Position numbers and translations under genes: made by a program. Under the pieces are notes generated by a model, which ran no database searches, was not told the DNA's origin, and saw only the letters and a list, made by a program, of their open reading frames with translations. Below, piece after piece: positions 18,852 through 27,325 of a stretch of DNA of 64,000 nt (the first letter of the stretch is position 1; each line of letters opens with the position of its first letter). Source of the stretch: an uncultured Candidatus Saccharibacteria bacterium. Its GTDB lineage: Bacteria; Patescibacteriota; Minisyncoccia; Phycocordibacterales; UBA6065. Where the stretch lies: NCBI GenBank assembly GCA_964368835.1, contig CAYJCZ010000001.1, positions 25,481 through 89,480 of the forward strand. The letters are read 5' to 3'.

Positions 18852-19274
18852 TTACTTAACGTCAACTCCCATGTTTCGTGCTGTACCTTCTACCATCCTC
18901 ATTGCTGCGTTTATGTCTGTAGTATTGAGGTCTGGAAGCTTCTTTTCTGCGATCGCCTTTACCTGTGCCTTTGTCATTGTGCCGATCTTTACTGAGTTTG
19001 GTTTACCTGAACCGAGTTCCTTGCCCAAAGTCTTGAGAATCATCTTTGAAGCAGGCTCTGTCTTGTAGATCATCTTGTATGATCGGTCGTCATAGACTTC
19101 GATGATAGTAGGAACCATCTCGCCTATTCGTGCCTTGGTCTCATCGTTGAATCGCTTTACGAATTCACCAATGTTTATACCTGCCTGTCCGAGTGCAGGT
19201 CCGAGCGCCTGGCCAGGAACGGCTTTGCCGCCTGGAATCTGGAGCTTCAACATCTTTGTTACTTTCTTTGCCAT
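18852..19274 (-). CDS. rplK: 50S ribosomal protein L11
   Basis: MAKKVTKMLKLQIPGGKAVPGQALGPALGQAGINIGEFVKRFN... Confidence 0.95.
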   Translation of the reverse strand: MAKKVTKMLKLQIPGGKAVPGQALGPALGQAGINIGEFVKRFNDETKARIGEMVPTIIEVYDDRSYKMIYKTEPASKMILKTLGKELGSGKPNSVKIGTMTKAQVKAIAEKKLPDLNTTDINAAMRMVEGTARNMGVDVK

Positions 19275-19292
19275 AGTGGGGATAAGGTTATA

Positions 19293-19838
19293 TTAAATCT
19301 TCTTAACTTGCAAGAAATCGAGCTCGACAGGTGTTTCTCGTCCGAACATAGAAACAAGAACCTTCACCTTGCCTCGCGCAGTATCAACCTCTGACACTTT
19401 GCCTTCAAGATCCTTAAATGGGCCGTCAGCGATCTTTACAGCGTCTTCAGGGGCAAGATTAATCTCGTGTTTGACCTCAGCTGTGTCCATTCGACCAATA
19501 AGCTGCTTGATCTCACCTTCAGTAAGAGGTACTGGGTGCACACCGGAACCAACGAAACCTGTTACTCGTGGAGTGTTTCGCACTACGTACCAAGATTCGT
19601 CGCTTACAACCATGTCTACAAGGATGTAGCCTGGATATACCTTCTCTTCCTCTTCTACCCTCTTGCCGCCCTTAACTTTAATTTTCTTTTCAGTTGGAAC
19701 AAGTACGCTAAAAATCTTGTCCTGCATGTTAAGAGAATCAATTCGCTGTCGCAAGTTTCGCGCAACTGCGTTTTCGTAACCGGCATATGTATGGATCGCG
19801 TACCAGTGTCGCTCGCCGCCTGTTTGCTGTTTCGACAT
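19293..19838 (-). CDS. nusG: transcription termination/antitermination factor NusG
   Basis: NGN domain (WYAIHTYAGYENAV) and KOW motif (FKDLEGKVSEVDTARGKVKVLVSMFGRETPVEL). Confidence 0.9.
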   Translation of the reverse strand: MSKQQTGGERHWYAIHTYAGYENAVARNLRQRIDSLNMQDKIFSVLVPTEKKIKVKGGKRVEEEEKVYPGYILVDMVVSDESWYVVRNTPRVTGFVGSGVHPVPLTEGEIKQLIGRMDTAEVKHEINLAPEDAVKIADGPFKDLEGKVSEVDTARGKVKVLVSMFGRETPVELDFLQVKKI

Positions 19839-19839
19839 A

Positions 19840-20022
19840 TTATTTAAGAATTAGAGTTTCAAGACCAAGACCAAACACATAGTCCGCTAAAGCAAGGAGG
19901 ATTGCTGTAACGATTGAAAGGCCGATAACGAGAAACGTGTAGTTTAACGCCTGAGATCGGGTTGGCCAGTTTACATGCTTCATTTCACCGCGGGTTTCCT
20001 TGATATATTCGACGAGTTTCAT
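19840..20022 (-). CDS. secE: preprotein translocase subunit SecE
   Basis: MKLVEYIKETRGEMKHVNWPTRSQALNYTFLVIGLSIVTAILL... is a single-TM SecE at its conserved position before nusG. Start chosen at MKLVEY (60 aa); the ORF track extends to 20070. Confidence 0.8.
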   Translation of the reverse strand: MKLVEYIKETRGEMKHVNWPTRSQALNYTFLVIGLSIVTAILLALADYVFGLGLETLILK

Positions 20023-20040
20023 AGGGGTATTTTTGTTATT

Positions 20041-20062
20041 AAAAACCGCCCCGGAGGGCTGT
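20041..20062 (-). terminator. rho-independent terminator/attenuator just upstream of secE start (minus strand)
   Basis: Minus strand reads GCCCTCCGGGGC then GGTTTTT. Confidence 0.55.
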
Positions 20063-20368
20063 ATGTCCATATAATACTACGTCTTTGGAAAAAAGCAAGC
20101 GGTTGTTGAGGTAAAAAAATAACCCCTCCAAGCCGAAGCTTAGGAGGGGGAGACAGATGCACACATAGTGCAGAGCCTCTCTATTCATCACACGGTTGTC
20201 GGAATCCGACGAACCTGGGGACTCATTACTTTTTGATTGCAATCCGTGAGTCCTGTCGTCACTTGCAATCTCACCCAGTTCCCCTTTTATTGTGTACCTC
20301 GCCGGGATCGCTGAGGAGGGATCGCTTCTTCGTCCACCGCCCATCAATAAGCGATATTAATTTGATGG
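20063..20368 (-). ncRNA. candidate non-coding RNA of about 310 nt, class unknown
   Basis: A near-consensus sigma70-type promoter on the minus strand (TTGACA-16-TATGAT at 20403-20376) and an intrinsic terminator (20041-20062) bound an ORF-poor segment. Stable hairpins include CCCCTCC...GGAGGGG and GTCGGATTCCGAC. The only ORF (20039-20347) is low-complexity and overlaps the terminator. Confidence 0.4.
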
Positions 20369-20375
20369 TGCCTAT

Positions 20376-20403
20376 ATCATAGCACACCCTAGCAATTTGT
20401 CAA
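20376..20403 (-). promoter_or_regulatory. sigma70-like promoter (TTGACA N16 TATGAT) on minus strand
   Basis: Exact -35 consensus, 16-nt spacer and 5/6 match at -10. Confidence 0.5.
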
Positions 20404-20404
20404 G

Positions 20405-20432
20405 CAAAAAAGCACCCTCCGCGGGGTGCCAA
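20405..20432 (-). terminator. rho-independent terminator after tRNA-binding protein gene
   Basis: Minus strand GGCACCCCGCGGAGGGTGC then TTTTTTG. Confidence 0.7.
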
Positions 20433-20451
20433 AATACCCATATTTTAGTAG

Positions 20452-20886
20452 CTATCTCGCCTTAGTTCCCTCTGGAATATCCTTATTAGGCTCTAGGAGT
20501 GAGAATTTGCCGTCGTTTGTAGAAAGCGCAAACAACATGCCGTTTGATTCATATCCCTTTATCTTTCGCGGCTCGAGATTTGTGACAAACATACATGTTC
20601 TACCCACGAGCACTGCTGGGTCTGGAAAAAACATCGCGATCCCAGAAATAATCTGGCGCACATCTCGCTTCATTTCCGTCATTTGAATTTCTGCAATCGT
20701 GTCCCCTACTGCAACACCCATAGAATCAGCAGCGGCCGTCTCTGGTGCAATCGTAGCGAACTGTTCAGTGATCTGACCAAAATCAACAGAGAGCTTGAGA
20801 AGCTTGTCTGTATCCTGAATCTTTTCAGCAGACAGGATTTTCCCCGCCTTTATTTCTACTTTTGAAAAGTCATCGTATGTAATCAT
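20452..20886 (-). CDS. tRNA-binding domain protein (CsaA/Trbp111/EMAP-like OB fold)
   Basis: DFSKVEIKAGKIL...KLLKLSVDFG... matches the tRNA_bind (Myf) domain; 144 aa. Confidence 0.7.
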   Translation of the reverse strand: MITYDDFSKVEIKAGKILSAEKIQDTDKLLKLSVDFGQITEQFATIAPETAAADSMGVAVGDTIAEIQMTEMKRDVRQIISGIAMFFPDPAVLVGRTCMFVTNLEPRKIKGYESNGMLFALSTNDGKFSLLEPNKDIPEGTKAR

Positions 20887-20891
20887 AGGTT

Positions 20892-21296
20892 TTAAAATAG
20901 TCTGTCGTTAATGCCCTGGTGTCTTATTCGATCGATATAGCTTTGTAAGATGATGGAAGCAGCCGCTGCATCTAGTTTGTCCGTCTTACCCTGAAAATGG
21001 GCTGCCTGATGCGATGTTAGGAACTCTGGCTCAAGCACGACCTTGTATCCCAGTTTTTCAAGCTCAAGAGCAAGCGGTCGAATCTCATCCATAATACGAT
21101 TGTCCTGTCCCTTATTGTTCTTTGAATCACCAATAATAACTGTCTCAATATTGCTACGCCGAGCAATCTCTGCGATGTCGCGTATAAGGTTCTTTGAATT
21201 CGGTACTACAGAGTGTGGAAAAGCCAAAAGGCTCTTGTCGTCCGTAAGCGCGATACCTACCCTCTTTTCACCATAATCTATGCCAAGGAGTCTCAT
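20892..21296 (-). CDS. ruvX: Holliday junction resolvase-like protein RuvX/YqgF
   Basis: MRLLGIDYGEKRVGIALTD... is the RNase H-like YqgF signature. Confidence 0.85.
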   Translation of the reverse strand: MRLLGIDYGEKRVGIALTDDKSLLAFPHSVVPNSKNLIRDIAEIARRSNIETVIIGDSKNNKGQDNRIMDEIRPLALELEKLGYKVVLEPEFLTSHQAAHFQGKTDKLDAAAASIILQSYIDRIRHQGINDRLF

Positions 21297-21297
21297 A

Positions 21298-21894
21298 CTA
21301 TGAATTAAAGTATGCTTTACGATTCTTGTCCATAAGATTCATAAGATTTTCAAAAATTTCCCTAACTTCCTTTTGAGAATTAATCTTTTCCCGCTTATAA
21401 GTTAGAACTTCGTCAAAAGAAACATTGAGTTCTTTCCAATCTCGACCGCCCTGAGAATAACCGGCGAGTATTGGCATAATTTTATCAAGCGCATACACAA
21501 ATTTTGACTCAGGATCATGCTGTTCTTCATATTTAAAAATAGCTTCGTGCAAGGGTTTGAATTCAGGAAACTCAGAAGCAATTCGTTTCTGTGCATCTGA
21601 TTCTCTTTGCTTTTTAGTGACCCGTACGTCCTTTCCTGTATCAAAAGACCATGTGTCTCCGGCATACACCTCTACAAAATCATGAGCTAAGGCATATTCG
21701 AAAATTTTCTTCTTGTCTAAAGCCAGCTCAAGCGAATCGACCAAATACCAAGCCAACATTGCTAGGCCAAAACTATGTTCCGCATCATTCTCATACCGAT
21801 CAACACCTGGAACATGCGTACGTCGCTCAACACGCTGGAAAGCATGTATAAGTTGTGAAAAGGCTATTGCTTGCTGTATTTTCCCGTCTTTCAT
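21298..21894 (-). CDS. HD-domain phosphohydrolase (YfbR-like 5'-deoxynucleotidase family)
   Basis: H..H...D motifs (ENDAEHSFGLAMLA, LAHDFVEVYAGDT); 198 aa. Confidence 0.7.
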   Translation of the reverse strand: MKDGKIQQAIAFSQLIHAFQRVERRTHVPGVDRYENDAEHSFGLAMLAWYLVDSLELALDKKKIFEYALAHDFVEVYAGDTWSFDTGKDVRVTKKQRESDAQKRIASEFPEFKPLHEAIFKYEEQHDPESKFVYALDKIMPILAGYSQGGRDWKELNVSFDEVLTYKREKINSQKEVREIFENLMNLMDKNRKAYFNS

Positions 21895-21915
21895 AGAGCA
21901 AGTGTAACAAATTTG

Positions 21916-22002
21916 CGGATGGGGTGAGATTCGAACTCACGGTCCCCGTAAAGAGACGACAGTTTTCAAGACTGTTCCATTAGACCACTCTGGCACCCAT
22001 CC
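21916..22002 (-). tRNA. tRNA-Ser (anticodon TGA), class II with long variable arm
   Basis: The minus strand reads GGATGGG-TG-CCAG-AGTGGTCTAATGG-...-CTTGAAA (anticodon UGA)...-variable arm CGTCTCTTTACGGGGAC-GTGAG-TTCGAAT-CTCAC-CCCATCC-G. The acceptor pairs perfectly and a T-loop is present. Confidence 0.85.
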
Positions 22003-22087
22003 GTACGCTACAAGTTACACTAAAGTTGAAAAAACTTCAAAGGAATCCACTTTCTCTCCATAGAATAAAGGGTGTATACTATCTTCT

Positions 22088-22546
22088 ATGAACGGACTTT
22101 CTTGGGTAACTCACGAGTACGTACACAAGCCGAAAACTTCGGAATGGTATTGGACTGTGGGTATTATTACGGCGGCTTTGGTCGTTACAAGCATTATTTT
22201 TAGCAATTTTCTTTTTGCTCTTGTACTTGCGATCGCAGTTTTCTCACTTACACTCTTTTCGGTTCGAAAACCTAACCATGTTGATGTTGCACTCGGCGAC
22301 AAAGGTGTTCGAATTGATAAGACATTGTATCCATACAGCACACTTGATTCGTTTGGTATTGATGATGAACACCATGATGGCCCTCGCCTCTTTCTTAAAT
22401 CAAAGAAAGTAATGCTTCCTCTCGTGTCGGTACACATTCTCGATCACGAACCATCAGCAGTCCGAGAGTTTATGAAAAAACATCTCAAAGAAGAGCATTT
22501 CGAACAAAGTGTCTTCCATTCCCTCTTTGAAGCTCTAGGATTCTAA
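22088..22546 (+). CDS. membrane protein (2 TM), hypothetical
   Basis: 152 aa with two N-terminal TM helices. A terminator at 22549-22578 is shared with the tRNA on the opposite strand. Confidence 0.45.
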   Translation: MNGLSWVTHEYVHKPKTSEWYWTVGIITAALVVTSIIFSNFLFALVLAIAVFSLTLFSVRKPNHVDVALGDKGVRIDKTLYPYSTLDSFGIDDEHHDGPRLFLKSKKVMLPLVSVHILDHEPSAVREFMKKHLKEEHFEQSVFHSLFEALGF

Positions 22547-22584
22547 ACAAAAAACCACTCACTCGAGTGGTTTTTTGTTTCTTG

Positions 22585-22656
22585 TCCCCCCGTGAGGAAT
22601 CGAACCTCAATCTTGAGTTCCGCAAACTCATGTCCTATCCATTGAACGACGGGGGG
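22585..22656 (-). tRNA. tRNA-Arg (anticodon GCG, by hand folding)
   Basis: CCCCCCG-TC-GTTC-AATGGATA-GGAC-A-TGAGT-TTGCGGA-ACTCA-AGAT-TGAGG-TTCGATT-CCTCA-CGGGGGG-A; 72 nt, clean cloverleaf. The anticodon is read from a 7-nt loop and its assignment needs tRNAscan confirmation. Confidence 0.7.
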
Positions 22657-22734
22657 ATACCGTGACGTTCTACTAACTTACAGGAAAAAGGTTTAAATTA
22701 CAAAAAATCCGGCGAGTGCCGGATTTTTCTTTGC

Positions 22735-23001
22735 TTATGCCTTTGCTTTCTTGATCATCGCAGAGAGTCGTGACTTCTTTCGTCCTGCCGTATTCGGCTT
22801 GATGAAACCTGTCTTTGCTGCCTTGTCGATTTCTGAGTAAGCGCTTGGGAGAAGTTTCATTGCCTCTGCCTTCTTTCCACTCGTTACGAGCTTTTTGATC
22901 TCTTTTGTAACGTCTGAAACAGCGTCTCGGTGGCGAATATTAAATACTCGCTTCCTCTTTGAGGATCGAAGTGCTTTTTTTGCTGAAGATGTTATTGCCA
23001 T
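22735..23001 (-). CDS. rpsT: 30S ribosomal protein S20
   Basis: MAITSSAKKALRSSKRKRVFNIRHRDAV... basic helical protein, 88 aa. Confidence 0.85.
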   Translation of the reverse strand: MAITSSAKKALRSSKRKRVFNIRHRDAVSDVTKEIKKLVTSGKKAEAMKLLPSAYSEIDKAAKTGFIKPNTAGRKKSRLSAMIKKAKA

Positions 23002-23115
23002 ACTGGTTTATGAGTTGAGCGTTACTTTAACAGCGCTTGATCAAAAAAGCAAGTCCTGCGTGGCTCCTTTGGTGAAATCCCCTGCTTAATTGCTATCAAT
23101 TGGTATACTAGAGGC

Positions 23116-23685
23116 ATGATTACCCACCTTACCGGTACGATTATAGACAAAGAAGAGCGCTCGGTGGTTATAGACGTGCACGGCATCGGCTACAAGGTCT
23201 TTGTGACGACAACCACGATGGAATCTATCAAAGATGGCAAAGAAATCTCCCTTTGGACACATTTGGCCGTTCGGGAGGATGCTCAGACCCTCTATGGATT
23301 CATAAAAAAGGATGAATTGTTCTTTTTTGAGCTTCTTATCTCCTCCATCTCTGGTGTCGGCCCAAAAACCGCGCTCGGTATTTTGAATGTCTCATCTGCC
23401 GAGAATATTCGCCGCGCAGTTTCATCAGGTGACACATCTCACCTCACCAAAGTCGCAGGTATTGGTAAAAAAATGGCAGATAAGATAGTTTTGGAACTCA
23501 AGGGTAAGTTTGAAGCAGAGGCTTCCACCGGTATTTCGCTTCGCGATGAAGTGGATGCACTCGAGGCTCTCAAAGCACTTGGTTTCAAACACAACGACGC
23601 CCGCGAAGCTCTCAAAGATGTCGACCCTACCATTACAGACACCGGCGCTCGAGTTAAAAGAGCTCTCAAACTATTGGGAAAGTAA
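23116..23685 (+). CDS. ruvA: Holliday junction branch migration protein RuvA
   Basis: MITHLTGTIIDKEERSVVIDVHGIGYKVFV... OB domain, helix-hairpin-helix motifs (GVGPKTALGIL, VAGIGKKMADKIV) and a C-terminal RuvB-interacting domain. Confidence 0.9.
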   Translation: MITHLTGTIIDKEERSVVIDVHGIGYKVFVTTTTMESIKDGKEISLWTHLAVREDAQTLYGFIKKDELFFFELLISSISGVGPKTALGILNVSSAENIRRAVSSGDTSHLTKVAGIGKKMADKIVLELKGKFEAEASTGISLRDEVDALEALKALGFKHNDAREALKDVDPTITDTGARVKRALKLLGK

Positions 23686-23694
23686 GAAAATCTC

Positions 23695-24960
23695 ATGTTA
23701 AATAACATTCTCTATCATATTAAAAAAATCATTCCTGTATGGCTTTTTTCAAGGCTACAACCTTTGTATCATATCTCGCTCGCCTTCCTCGGTGCCCTCA
23801 TATATCGATTCCCTTCTAGAAGCATTAAAGTAGTTGCCGTCACCGGAACCAAGGGCAAAACATCCGTAACTGAGATTACCAACGCAATATTTGAAAACGC
23901 GGGATTTAAGACCGCACTTTCAAACACAATCAGATTTAAAATTGGCACTGAATCCAAGGACAATCTCTACAAGATGTCGATGCCAGGCAGATTCTTTATC
24001 CAAAAGTTTTTGCGTGAAGCCGTGAATGCAAAATGCGAATACGTGTTTATGGAAGTAACTTCACAAGGCGCACAACTTAATCGTCATCGATTTATTGATT
24101 TTGATGCCCTCATTTTCACCAACCTCGCCCCAGAACATATCGAGGCTCACGGTTCATATGAAAATTATGTAAAGGCAAAACTTTCTATTGGTGAAGCGGT
24201 GGCAAAGTCTCATAAAGAAAAGACAATACTTGTAGCGAATGCTGATGATCGAGTAAGCGACCTCTTCCTTAAGAAAGATTTCACGGAAAAGAAATTGTAT
24301 TCGCTCGAGGATGCTCGTCCCTACAATATATTTAAAGAGGGTTTCGCCATGACTGTACACGGCACACTTGTCCGCTCCCCTCTTTCTGGTGAATTTAATA
24401 TCTATAACGAACTTGCGGCGGTTACGTATGCTGAGAGTGAAGGTGTGAAAGTCGAAATCGCCCGTGATGCAATCGAAAAACTCACTATGATTCGTGGTCG
24501 TGTAGAAAAAATCGATGAAGGACAAGATTTCAGCGTGATTGTAGATTATGCTCACACACCCGACTCCCTTCAAAAACTTTATGATGTATTCAAAGGCACT
24601 CGACGCATCTGTGTCCTTGGAAATACTGGCGGCGGACGAGATACATGGAAGCGCGATGAGATGGCAAAGATCGCAGAAAATGAATGCGATGAGATCGTGC
24701 TCACCAACGAGGACCCATATGATGATGACCCTCAGGAAATTGTGAATGAAATGGCTTTGGGTATTACAAAAAAACCAAAGCATGTAATCATGGATCGTCG
24801 TGAAGCTATCGCAAAAGCTCTCTCACTCGCTAAAACTGGTGATTCAGTGCTTATAACAGGTAAAGGAACCGATCCGTACATCATGGGTCCTAACAATACA
24901 AAAATACTTTGGAGTGACGCTGAGGTGGCACGAGAGGAACTACGAAAGCTGGGTAAATAA
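23695..24960 (+). CDS. Mur ligase family protein (MurE/MurF-like UDP-N-acetylmuramoyl-peptide ligase)
   Basis: ATP-binding GTKGKTS P-loop and central DYAHTP motif. The N-terminal hydrophobic segment is atypical. Confidence 0.7.
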   Translation: MLNNILYHIKKIIPVWLFSRLQPLYHISLAFLGALIYRFPSRSIKVVAVTGTKGKTSVTEITNAIFENAGFKTALSNTIRFKIGTESKDNLYKMSMPGRFFIQKFLREAVNAKCEYVFMEVTSQGAQLNRHRFIDFDALIFTNLAPEHIEAHGSYENYVKAKLSIGEAVAKSHKEKTILVANADDRVSDLFLKKDFTEKKLYSLEDARPYNIFKEGFAMTVHGTLVRSPLSGEFNIYNELAAVTYAESEGVKVEIARDAIEKLTMIRGRVEKIDEGQDFSVIVDYAHTPDSLQKLYDVFKGTRRICVLGNTGGGRDTWKRDEMAKIAENECDEIVLTNEDPYDDDPQEIVNEMALGITKKPKHVIMDRREAIAKALSLAKTGDSVLITGKGTDPYIMGPNNTKILWSDAEVAREELRKLGK

Positions 24961-25060
24961 AATCACAGCTGCGTCGCTTGCCAGTCCTCGACACAAAATC
25001 CGTCAAAGAAAGCCTTGACGGATTTTGTATCTGCGGAGGCGCGCTTACGCAGCAATGATG

Positions 25061-26281
25061 TTATTTAACGAGCAAATTAAGTGTTTCCCTCGTCTTTTCC
25101 CCTATCATCCCCTCTTCACCTTCGATCTTATATTTCTCTTGAAATGCCGTAAGAGCTTTCTTTGTACATCCGCCAAACAATCCAGAAATCGGACAATCGT
25201 TTAAAGTTTTATCTGGCGTTGGATACAAACCCTGCTTTCGTAAAAGCATTTGAAGGGCGTACACATCTTTATCTTCAGTTAATAACGTCTTCACGTCTCG
25301 AGTCCACTCATACGGCAGTGTTGCGAGATCAAGTGGCGCATCATCACTTTTTGCCCCTTTAACAAAATAATCTTTGAGGCCGCGATAAGTTTGATACGCA
25401 TACTCAGATGTTGCCATATCCTTAATTTCCGCATTTCCAAATTGCGACTCATACAGATAGGCGTACTCGACGAGAATAGATGGTGTGACCGAAGTGTTAT
25501 ACCTACCAAGCGCTACCAATTGCTGATCTTCAACTATGCCGCCGCGCTCTCGCTTTGCGTTGCTCTGTGGAAAGATCTGGAGGAATCGATTATGCACAGC
25601 GTTTGCGATCTCTTTTGAAATTGATGCGTTCCCATACTGACTCTCTGGAGTATAAATAACGTAACCTGTGAATTCTCCCGCCTTATTCTTACCTCGTGAA
25701 CCGTAATCATTTATATGCACATGAACCGCGATATCGAAATCATTTTCATTGACCCATTTGTTCACGCCGTAGAGACGTGTCGCAACATCGCCCGTCACAT
25801 GCTCATGGACGATTGGATCATCAACCAAATCAATCTCCCCTTCTGAAACCTTGTCGCTCATAAGAGCCTTGTGCTCGTCACGCCACGTTTTAATTTCATC
25901 AAGATTTTCTGCAAAATATGCCCCGAGCTCAGGACTCCACTCTTTTTCATCACGACCAACCACAACTTCAAAGTTTCCATCTTGCTCTAGATACTCTTTT
26001 AGTTTGTTTGAAATCTCAACATTAATATCCCTTTCAATAATTTTTTTAAATTGTGAGCCGCCGAAATTTGGTTCGTGGCCAGGCATTATAAAAATGCGAA
26101 ACTTCTCAACATCTTTCTTTACTGCAGTTTCAATTGCATTAAGAGTTCCTGTAACTACAGATGCTGCTTCGGTTTTCATAGGATCTGGAAACGTAGGCAA
26201 AGAAAAATCTTGTGAAAGCGTAAAGAGCGACCCGCCAATCACGAGAAATGCTGCAAAAATACCTGTATACGCCTTAATCAT
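25061..26281 (-). CDS. N-acetylmuramoyl-L-alanine amidase (Amidase_3) with C-terminal peptidoglycan-binding domain
   Basis: Signal peptide. IFIMPGHEPNFGGSQ ... VHVHINDY fits the Amidase_3 zinc-site pattern. C-terminal PG_binding_1-like LLRKQGLYP...ALTAFQEKYKI. Confidence 0.75.
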   Translation of the reverse strand: MIKAYTGIFAAFLVIGGSLFTLSQDFSLPTFPDPMKTEAASVVTGTLNAIETAVKKDVEKFRIFIMPGHEPNFGGSQFKKIIERDINVEISNKLKEYLEQDGNFEVVVGRDEKEWSPELGAYFAENLDEIKTWRDEHKALMSDKVSEGEIDLVDDPIVHEHVTGDVATRLYGVNKWVNENDFDIAVHVHINDYGSRGKNKAGEFTGYVIYTPESQYGNASISKEIANAVHNRFLQIFPQSNAKRERGGIVEDQQLVALGRYNTSVTPSILVEYAYLYESQFGNAEIKDMATSEYAYQTYRGLKDYFVKGAKSDDAPLDLATLPYEWTRDVKTLLTEDKDVYALQMLLRKQGLYPTPDKTLNDCPISGLFGGCTKKALTAFQEKYKIEGEEGMIGEKTRETLNLLVK

Positions 26282-26347
26282 GCCTGAAATTATACACTGA
26301 AAACCTCTTCCTTTGCCTGTATGACCTCGCTATTGTAAGGTAAGGAC

Positions 26348-27280
26348 ATGCCAGAGCTTCCTGAAGTACAAACAACCGTTAATGGAATAAACGAGCACGC
26401 CACCGGTCTTGCTATAACCGACGTCTGGACCAACTACAATAGTCCGCATCATGAAGGTAAAGACAATATAAAAGATCCGAAATTCTTTACACAGTTAAAA
26501 AAGATAATTCGAGGAGCAAGCATCACAGGCGCATCTCGTCGCGCAAAGAATGTGCTCATCCATCTTTCAAATAGCCACACAATCATCATTCACATGAAGA
26601 TGACTGGCCACGTACTTTACGGTGCTTACAAAAAACAGAAGGTAGATAGAAAAGAAGCCTGGGTAGCGTCAGAGCCAGGACCTCTACGTGATGATGCTTT
26701 CAATCGCCATATCCGTCTTGTCTTTTCCCTCTCTAACGGTAAACATCTCGCCCTGTCTGATCTACGCAAATTTGCAAAAGTGACTCTTGTGCCTGATAAG
26801 GAGCTACATACATCGGAGCATCTTGCAAAAAGTGGTCCAGAGCCACTTGATGAATCATTTGGTGTAAAGATTTTTACGGAAAGACTCATGCGTCGTCCGA
26901 ACGGGCCCATAAAGACAGTACTCATGGACCACGAGATAATCGCAGGTATCGGAAACATTTACTCTGATGAAATACTTTGGCGTGCAGGTGTTCACCCTCT
27001 AGAAAAAGTAAGCTCGATTCCATCAGTAAAAATGAAATCTATGTTTGATGCAATGAGAGTAGTGCTCAACAAAGGCATTCATCTCGGCGGTGATTCAATG
27101 TCTGACTATAGAAACATCCTCGGTGAAAGCGGTGACTTCCAGGACAAGCACAATGCCTATAGAAAAACGGGTACTCCCTGTTTGAAACGTGGATGTCCTG
27201 GGACAATTACACGAATTAAGCTTGGAGGCAGGAGCGCACATTTCTGCAGCACTCATCAAAAACTCAGTAAAACAAAATAA
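26348..27280 (+). CDS. fpg: formamidopyrimidine-DNA glycosylase / endonuclease VIII family (Fpg/Nei)
   Basis: N-terminal MPELPEV catalytic motif with Pro2 and Glu3, H2TH region, C-terminal zinc finger C..C...C..C. Confidence 0.85.
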   Translation: MPELPEVQTTVNGINEHATGLAITDVWTNYNSPHHEGKDNIKDPKFFTQLKKIIRGASITGASRRAKNVLIHLSNSHTIIIHMKMTGHVLYGAYKKQKVDRKEAWVASEPGPLRDDAFNRHIRLVFSLSNGKHLALSDLRKFAKVTLVPDKELHTSEHLAKSGPEPLDESFGVKIFTERLMRRPNGPIKTVLMDHEIIAGIGNIYSDEILWRAGVHPLEKVSSIPSVKMKSMFDAMRVVLNKGIHLGGDSMSDYRNILGESGDFQDKHNAYRKTGTPCLKRGCPGTITRIKLGGRSAHFCSTHQKLSKTK

Positions 27281-27325
27281 ATTCCCTGCTTCACGTTTGA
27301 CGGTTCCTGTTCTATCATTGTCCTC

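Noticed and set aside
20195-20300. Possible tRNA (e.g. tRNA-Trp expected upstream of secE)
   Set aside because: The GGTTCG-containing segment (CAGGTTCGTCGGATTCCGACAACC) does not fold into a T-arm or acceptor cloverleaf. No CCA-anticodon loop in the right context.
20039-20347. 102-aa minus-strand ORF (MMGGGRRSDPSS...)
   Set aside because: Low-complexity, no family resemblance. It reads through an intrinsic terminator hairpin and overlaps the secE start. The interval is better explained as a non-coding transcript.
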